64,000 nucleotides of DNA, taken from assembly GCA_964016885.1 (NCBI GenBank), contig OZ024740.1, forward strand, positions 40,672,001 through 40,736,000, written 5' to 3'. Position numbers and translations under genes: made by a program. The DNA comes from Eledone cirrhosa (lineage: Eukaryota). Each line of letters begins with the position of its first letter. The first letter of the stretch is position 1. Positions 55,201 through 64,000 of this stretch are shown one piece after another. The notes under the pieces are model-generated. The model saw nothing but the letters and a program-made list of their open reading frames with translations. It did no database searches and was not told the origin of the DNA.

Positions 55201-58200
55201 GCATCACACTCCACCCCCAGCACCACAGTGGCTCCAACTGGCATCATACTCCACCTCCCAGCACCACAGTGGGACCAACTAGTATCACACTCCACCCGCA
55301 GCTCCACAGTGGGACCAACTGGCATAACAATCCACCTCCCAGCACCACAATGGCACCAACTGGCATCACACTCCACCTCCCAGCACCACAGTGGGACACA
55401 ACTGGCATCACACTCCACCTCCCAGCACCACAGTGGGACCAACTGGCATCACACTCTACCTCCCAGGGTCACAGTGGCACCAACTGCCATCACACCCCAC
55501 CTCCCAACTCCACAGTGGCACCAACTGGCATCACACTCTACCTCCCAGGGTCACAGTGGCACCAACTGGCATCACACCCCACCTCCCAACTCCACAGTGG
55601 CACCAACTGGCATCACACTCCACCTCCCAGCACCACAGTGGGACCAACTGGCATCACACTCTACCTCCCAACACCACAGTGGCACCAACTGGCATCACAC
55701 ACCACCTCCCAGCCCCACAGTGGCACCAACTGGCATCACACTCTACCTCCCAACACCACAGTGGCACCAACTGGCATCACAGTCCACCCCCAGCACCACA
55801 GTGGGACCAATTGGCATCACACTCCACCTCCCAACCCCACAGTGGCACCAACTGGCATCACACACCACCTCCCAGTTCCACAGTGGCACCAACTTGAATC
55901 ACACTCCACCTCCCAACTCCACAGTGGCACCAACTGGCATCAAAATCCACCCCCCAACTCCACAGTGGCACCAACTGGCATAACACTCTACCTCCCAACC
56001 CCACAGTGGCACCAACTGGCATCACACTCTACCGCCCAGCCCCATAGTGGCACCAGCTGGCATCACACTCCACCTCCCAGCACCAAAATGGCACCAACTG
56101 GCATCACACTCTACCTCCCAGCCCCACAATGGCACCAACTGGCATCACACTCTACCTCCCAGGGTCACAGTGGCACTAACTGGCGTCACACTCCACCACC
56201 CAACACCACAGTGACACCAACTGGCATCACACTCCACCTCCGAACCCCACAGTGGCACCAACTGGCATCACACCCCACCCCCAGCACCACAGTGGCACCA
56301 ACTGGCATCACACTCTACCTCCCAACACCACAGTGGCACCAACTGGAATCACACTCTGCCTCCCAACTCCACAGTGGCACCAACAGGCATCACACTCTAC
56401 ATCCCAGCGCCGCAGTGGCACCAACTGGCATTACACTCCACCTCCCAGCACCACAGTGGCACCAACTGGCATCACACTCCACCTCCCAGCGTCGCAGTGG
56501 CACCAACTGGCATCACACTCCACCTCCCAGCACCACAGTGGCACCAACTGGCATCACACTCCACCTCCCAGCACCACAATGGCACCAACTGGCATCACAC
56601 TCCACCTCCCAGCCCCACGGTGGCACCAACTGGCATCACACTCTACCTCCCAACTCCACAGTGGCACCAGCTGGCATCAGACTCCATCTCCCAGCCCCAC
56701 AGTGGCACTAACTGGCATCACACTCCACCACCCAACACCACAGTGACACCAACTGGCATCACACTCCACCTCCGAACCCCACAGTGGCACCAACTGGCAT
56801 CACATCCCACCCCCAGCACCACAGTGGCACCAACTGGCATCACACTCCACCTCCGAACCCCACAGTGGCACCAACTGGCATCACATCCCACCCCCAGCAC
56901 CACAGTGGCACCAACTGGCATCACACTCCACCACCCAACACCACAGTGACACCAACTGGCATCACACTCCACCTCCGAACCCCACAGTGGCACCAACTGG
57001 CATCACATCCCACCCCCAGCACCACAGTGGCACCAACTGGCATCATACTCCACCTCCCAGCTTCACAGTGGCACCAACTGGCATCACACTACACCTCCCT
57101 GCACCACCATGGCACCAACTGGCATCACACCCCACCCCCAGCTCCACAGTGGCACCAACTGGCATCACACACCACCTCCCAGCACCACAGTGGGACGAAC
57201 TGGCATCACACCCCACCTCCCAGCACCACAGTGCGACGAACTGGCATCACACTCCCCCCTCCCCCCTCCGCCCCACAGTGGCACCAACTGGCATCACGCT
57301 CCACCTCCCAGCACCACAGTGGCACTAACTGGCATCACACCCCACCTCCCAGCACCACAGTGGCTCCAACTGGCATCACACTCTACCTCCCAGCACCACA
57401 GTGGCACCAACTGGCATCACACTCCACCTCCCAGCACCACAGTGACACCAACTGGCATCACACCCCACCTCCCAGCACCACAGTGACACCAACTGGCATC
57501 ACACCCCACCTCCCAGCACCACAGTGGCTCCAACTGGCATCACACTCCAACTCCCAGCACCACAGTGACACCAACTGGCATCACACTCCACCTCCCAGCA
57601 CCACATGGGACGAACTGGCATCACACTCCACCTCCGAACACCACAGTGGCTCCAACTGGCATCACACCCCACCTCCCAGCACCACAGTGGCTCCAACTGG
57701 CATCACACCCCACCTCCCAGCACCACAGTGGCTCCAACTGGCATCACACTCTACCTCCCAGCACCACAGTGGCACCAACTGGCATCACACTCCACCTCCC
57801 AGCACCACAGTGACACCAACTGGCATCACACCCCACCTCCCAGCACCAAAGTGGCTCCAACTGGCATCACACTCCACCTCCCAGCACCACAGTGACACCA
57901 ACTGGCATCACACTCCACCTCCCAGCACCACAGTGGGACGAACTGGCATCACACTCCACCTCCCAGCACCACAGTGACACCAACTGGCATCACACTCCAC
58001 CTCCCAGCACCACAGTGGGTCCAACTGGCATCACACTCTACCTCCCAGCACCACAGTGGCACCAACTGGCATCACGCTCCACCTCCCAGTACCACAGTGG
58101 CTCCAACTGGCATCACACTCCACCTCCCAGTACCACAGTGGGACCAACTGGCATCACACTTCACCTCCCAGCACCACAATGGCTCCAACTGGCATCACGC

Positions 58201-61200
58201 TCCACCTCCCAGCACCACAGTGTCACCAACTGGCATCACACTCCACCTCCCAGCACCACAATGGCACCAACTGGCATCACACTCCACCACCCAACACCAC
58301 AGTGGCACCAACTGGCATCACACTCCACCTCCCAGCACCACAGTGGCTCCAACTGGCATCACACTCCACGTCCCAGCCCCTCAGTGGCACCAACTGGCAT
58401 CACACTCTACCTCCCAACACCACAGTGGCACCAACTGGAATCACACTCTGCCTCCCAACTCCACAGTGGCACCAACAGGCATCACACTCTACATCCCAGC
58501 GCCGCAGTGGCACCAACTGGCATTACACTCCACCTCCCAGCACCACAGTGGCACCAACTGGCATCACACTCCACCTCCCAGCACCACAGTGGCACCAACT
58601 GGCATCACACTCCACCTCCCAGCACCACAATGGCACCAACTGGCATCACACTCCACCTCCCAGCCCCACGGTGGCACCAACTGGCATCACACTCTACCTC
58701 CCAACTCCACAGTGGCACCAGCTGGCATCACACTCCATCTCCCAGCCCCACAGTGGCACTAACTGGCATCACACTCCACCACCCAACACCACAGTGACAC
58801 CAACTGGCATCACACTCCACCTCCGAACCCCTGAGTGGCACCAACTGGCATCACATCCCACCCCCAGCACCACAGTGGCACCAACTGGCATCACACTCCA
58901 CCTCCGAACCCCACAGTGGCACCAACTGGCATCACATCCCACCCCCAGCACCACAGTGGCACCAACTGGCATCACACTCCACCACCCAACACCACAGTGA
59001 CACCAACTGGCATCACACTCCACCTCCGAACCCCACAGTGGCACCAACTGGCATCACATCCCACCCCCAGCACCACAGTGGCACCAACTGGCATCATACT
59101 CCACCTCCCAGCTTCACAGTGGCACCAACTGGCATCACACTCCACCTCCCTGCACCACCATGGCACCAACTGGCATCACACCCCACCCCCAGCTCCACAG
59201 TGGCACCAACTGGCATCACACACCACCTCCCAGCACCACAGTGGCACTAACTGGCATCACACTCTACCTCCCAGGGGCACAGTGGCACTAACTGGCATCA
59301 CACTCTACCTCCCAGCACCACAGTGGGACGAACTGGCATCACACCCCACCTCCCAGCACCACAGTGGGACGAACTGGCATCACACTCCCCCCTCCCCCCT
59401 CCGCCCCACAGTGGCACCAACTGGCATCACGCTCCACCTCCCAGCACCACAGTGGCACTAACTGGCATCACACCCCACCTCCCAGCACCACAGTGGCTCC
59501 AACTGGCATCACACTCTACCTCCCAGCACCACAGTGGCACCAACTGACATCACACCCCACCTCCCAGCACCACAGTGACACCAACTGGCATCACACCCCA
59601 CCTCCCAGCACCACAGTGACACCAACTGGCATCACACCCCACCTCCCAGCACCACAGTGGCTCCAACTGGCATCACACCCCACCTCCCAGCACCACAGTG
59701 ACACCAACTGGCATCACACCCCACCTCCCAGCACCACAGTGGCTCCAACTGGCATCACACTCCAACTCCCAGCACCACAGTGACACCAACTGGCATCACA
59801 CTCCACCTCCCAGTACCACAGTGGCTCCAACTGGCATCACACCCCACCTCCCAGCACCACAGTGGCTCCAACTGGCATCACACCCCACCTCCCAGCACCA
59901 CAGTGACACCAACTGGCATCACACCCCACCTCCCAGCACCACAGTGGCTCCAACTGGCATCACACCCCACCTCCCAGCACCACAGTGACACCAACTGGCA
60001 TCACACCCCACCTCCCAGCACCACAGTGACACCAACTGGCATCACACCCCACCTCCCAGCACCACAGTGGCTCCAACTGGCATCACACCCCACCTCCCAG
60101 CACCACAGTGACACCAACTGGCATCACACCCCACCTCCCAGCACCACAGTGACACCAACTGGCATCACACCCCACCTCCCAGCACCACAGTGGCTCCAAC
60201 TGGCATCACACTCTACCTCCCAGCACCACAGTGGCACCAACTGGCATCACACTCCACCTCCCAGCACCACAGTGACACCAACTGGCATCACACCCCACCT
60301 CCCAGCACCAAAGTGGCTCCAACTGGCATCACACTCCACCTCCCAGCACCACAGTGACACCAACTGGCATCACACTCCACCTCCCAGCACCACATGGGAC
60401 GAACTGGCATCACACTCCACCTCCGAACACCACAGTGGCTCCAACTGGCATCACACCCCACCTCCCAGCACCACAGTGGCTCCAACTGGCATCACACCCC
60501 ACCTCCCAGCACCACAGTGGCTCCAACTGGCATCACACTCTACCTCCCAGCACCACAGTGGGACGAACTGGCATCACACTACACCTCCCAGCACCACAGT
60601 GGGACGAACTGGCATCACACTACACCTCCCAGCACCACAGTGGCACCAACTGGCATCACGCTCCACCTCCCAGTACCACAGTGGCTCCAACTGGCATCAC
60701 GCTCCACCTCCCAGTACCACAGTGGGACCAACTGGCATCACACTCCACCTCCCAGCACCACAATGGCACCAACTGGCATCACACTCCACCACCCAACACC
60801 ACAGTGGCACCAACTGGCATCACACTCCACCTCCCAGCACCACAGTGGCTCCAACTGGCATCACACTCCACCTCCCAGTACCACAGTGGGACCAACTGGC
60901 ATCACACTTCACCTCCCAGCACCACAATGGCTCCAACTGGCATCACGCTCCACCTCCCAGCACCACAGTGGCACCAACTGGCATCACACTCCACCTCCCA
61001 GCACCACAGTGGCTCCAACTGGCATCACGATCCACCTCCCAGCACCACAGTGGCTCCAACTGGCATCACACTCCACCTCCCAGTACCACAGTGGGACCAA
61101 CTGGCATCACACTCCACCACCCAACACCACAGTGGCACCAACTGGCATCACACTCCACCTCCCAGCACCACAGTGGCTCCAACTGGCATCACACTCCACC

Positions 61201-64000
61201 TCCCAGCACCACAGTGGCTCCAACTGGCATCACACTCCACGTCCCAGCCCCTCAGTGGCTCCACCTGGCATCACACTCCACCTCCCAGCACCACAGTGGC
61301 TACAACTGGCATCACGCTCCACCTCCCAGCACCACAGTGGATCCAACTGGCATCACACTATACCTCCCAACCCCACAGTGGGACCAACTGGCATCACACC
61401 CCACCTCCCAGCACCACAGTGGCACTAACTGGCATCACACTCCACCTTCCAGCACCACAGTGGCACCAACTGGCATCACACTCCACCTCCCAGCACCACA
61501 GTGGAACCAACTGGCATCACACTCCACCTCCCAGCACCACAGTGGGACGAACTGGCATCACACTCTACCTCCCAACCCCACATTGGCACCAACTGGCATC
61601 ACACTCCACCTCCCAACCCCACAGTGGCACCAACTGGCATCACACTCCACCTCCCAGCACCACAGTGGCACCAACTGGCATCACACCCCACCTCCCAACC
61701 CCACAGTGGCACCAACTGGCATCACACACCACGTCCCAGCACCACAGAGGGTCCAACTGGTATCACACCCCACCTCCCAGCACCACAGTGGCTCCAACTG
61801 GCATCACACTCCACCTCCCCGAACCACAGTGGGACGAACTGGCATCACACTCCACCTCCCAACCCCACAGTGGCACCAACTGGCATCACACTCCACCTCC
61901 CAGCACCACAGTGGGACGAACTGGCATCACACTCCACCTCCCAACCCCACAGTGGCACCAACTGGCATCACACTCCACCTCCCAGCACCACAGTGGATCC
62001 AACTGGCATCACGCTCCACCTCCCAGCACCACAGTGGCTCCAACTGGCATCACACTCCACCTCCCAGCACCACAGTGGCTCCAACTGGCATCACACTCCA
62101 CCTCCCAGCACCACAGTGGGACCAACTGGCATCACACTCCACCTCCCAGCACCACAGTGGCTCCAACTGGCATCACGCTCCACCTCCCAGCACCACAGTG
62201 GCTCCAACTGGCATCACACTCCACCTCCCAGCACCACAGTGGCTCCAACTGGCATCACACTCCACCTCCCAGCACCACAGTGGCTCCAACTGGCATCACA
62301 CTCCACCTCCCAGCACCACAGTGGCTCCAACTGGCATCACGCTCCACCTCCCAGCACCACAGTGGCTCCTACTGGCATCACACTCCACCTCCCAGCACCA
62401 CAGTGGGACCAACTGGCATCACACTCCACCTCCCAGCCCCACAGTGGTTCCAACTGGCATCACACTCCACCTCCCAGCACCACAGTGGGACCAACTGGAA
62501 TCACACTCCACCTCCCAGCACCACAGTGGGACCAACTGGCATCACACTCCACCTCACAGCCCCACAGTGGGACCAACTGGCATCACACTCCACCACCAAC
62601 TCCACAGTGTCACCAACTGGCATCACACTCCACCTCCCAGCACCACAGTGGCACCAACTGGCATCACACTCCACCTCCCAGCCCCACAGTGGGACCAACT
62701 GGCATCAGACTCCACGTCCCAGCTCCACAGTGGCACCCACTGGCACCACACTCCACCTCCCAGCCCCACAGTGGCACCAACTGGCATCACACCCCACATC
62801 CCAACTCCACAGTGGCACCAACTGGCATCACAATCCACGCCCCAGCACCACATTGGCACCAACTGACATTACACTCCACCTCCGAAATCCACAGTGGCAC
62901 CAACTGGCGACACGCTCCCTCTCAGCTCCACAGTGGCACCAAGTGGCATCACACTCCACCTCCCAACCCCACAGTTGTACCGACTATCACACTCCACCTC
63001 CCAACACCACAATGGCACCAACTGGCATCACACTCCAGCTCCATAGTGGCACCAACTGGAATCACACTCCACCACTCAATACCACAGTGGCACCAACTGG
63101 CATCACACTCTACTTCCCAGCCCCATAGTGGCACCAACTGGCATCACACTCCACCTCCCAGCTCCACAGTGGCACCAACTGGAATCACACACCACCTCCC
63201 AGCCCCACAGTGGCACCAACTGGAATCACACTCCACCTCCCAGCTCCACAGAGGCACCAACTGGCATCACACACTTCCTCCCAGCCCCACAGTGGTACCA
63301 ACTTGCATCACAACCCACCCGCCAACACCACAGTGGCACCAACTGGCATCACACTCTACCTCCCAACACCTCAGTGGCACTAACTGGCATCACACTCCAC
63401 CCGCAGCCCCACAGTGGGACCAACTGGCATCACACTCCACCTCCCAGCCCCACAGTGGCACCAACTGGCATCACACCCCGCCACCCAACTCCACAGTGGG
63501 CCCAACTGGCATCACACTCCACCCCCAGCTCCATAGTGGCACCAACTGGCATCACACTCCACCTCCCAGCCCCACAGTGGAACCAACTGGAATCACACTC
63601 CACCACTCAATGCCACAGTGGCACCAACTGCATCACACTCTACCTCCCAGCCCCATAGTGGCACCAACTGGAATCACACTCCACCTCCCAGCTCCACAGA
63701 GGCACCAACTGGCATCACACACCACCTCCCAGCTCCACAGTGGTACCAACTTGCATCACAACCCACCCGCCAACACCACAGTGGCACCAACTGGCATCAC
63801 ATTCTAACTCCCAACACCACAGTGGTACTAACTGGCATCACACTCCACCCGCAGCCCCACAGTGGGACCAACTGGCATCACACTCCACCTCCCAGCCCCA
63901 CAGTGGCACCAACTGGCATCACACGCCACCTCCAAACCCCACAGTGCCACCAACTGGCATCACACTCCACCTCCCAGTTCCACAGTGGCACCAACTGGCA
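28245..64000. repeat. 41-bp tandem satellite/minisatellite, >35 kb, consensus CACAGTGGCACCAACTGGCATCACACTCCACCTCCCAGCAC; continues past the right edge
   Basis: Uninterrupted head-to-tail units with 40-bp (CACCCCCAG) and occasional 29-bp variants. Degenerate units at the left edge (28245-28440). Confidence 0.99.

Noticed and set aside
28364-63807. Long His/Pro/Thr-rich ORFs as mucin or adhesin genes
   Set aside because: They overlap in all three frames, follow from the stop-free 41-bp unit, and have no signal peptide or unique domain; frameshifting 40-bp units are common.
28245-64000. CRISPR array
   Set aside because: Contiguous tandem units with no unique spacers, no cas genes, and a eukaryotic repeat context.

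Overview
AT-rich animal genomic DNA. The tRNA/CORE SINE and RTE tails resemble those I recognise from octopus/cephalopod genomes (inference). No intact protein-coding gene is supportable. Three zones. (1) 1-~12.4 kb: a tandem array of ~2.02-kb units, each a dimer of two diverged ~1-kb monomers. Alternate units carry an identical 342-bp SINE with a 5-bp TSD. Each monomer carries the same ordered set of 26-67-nt minus-strand segments bounded by AG/GT splice signals, with no reading frame shared across copies. (2) ~12.4-28.2 kb: mostly unique sequence with further minus-strand exon candidates, an ETS/CArG/CRE motif cluster at ~22.8 kb, RTE fragments, a decayed CR1-group LINE, a Penelope-like fragment and a solo LTR. 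(3) ~28.25-64 kb: a >35-kb C-rich 41-bp satellite with nested higher-order duplications; it explains essentially all long ORFs in the track. The main hypothesis worth testing is a minus-strand, multi-microexon non-coding transcript starting near 22.6 kb, whose downstream exon cassette has been tandemly amplified.
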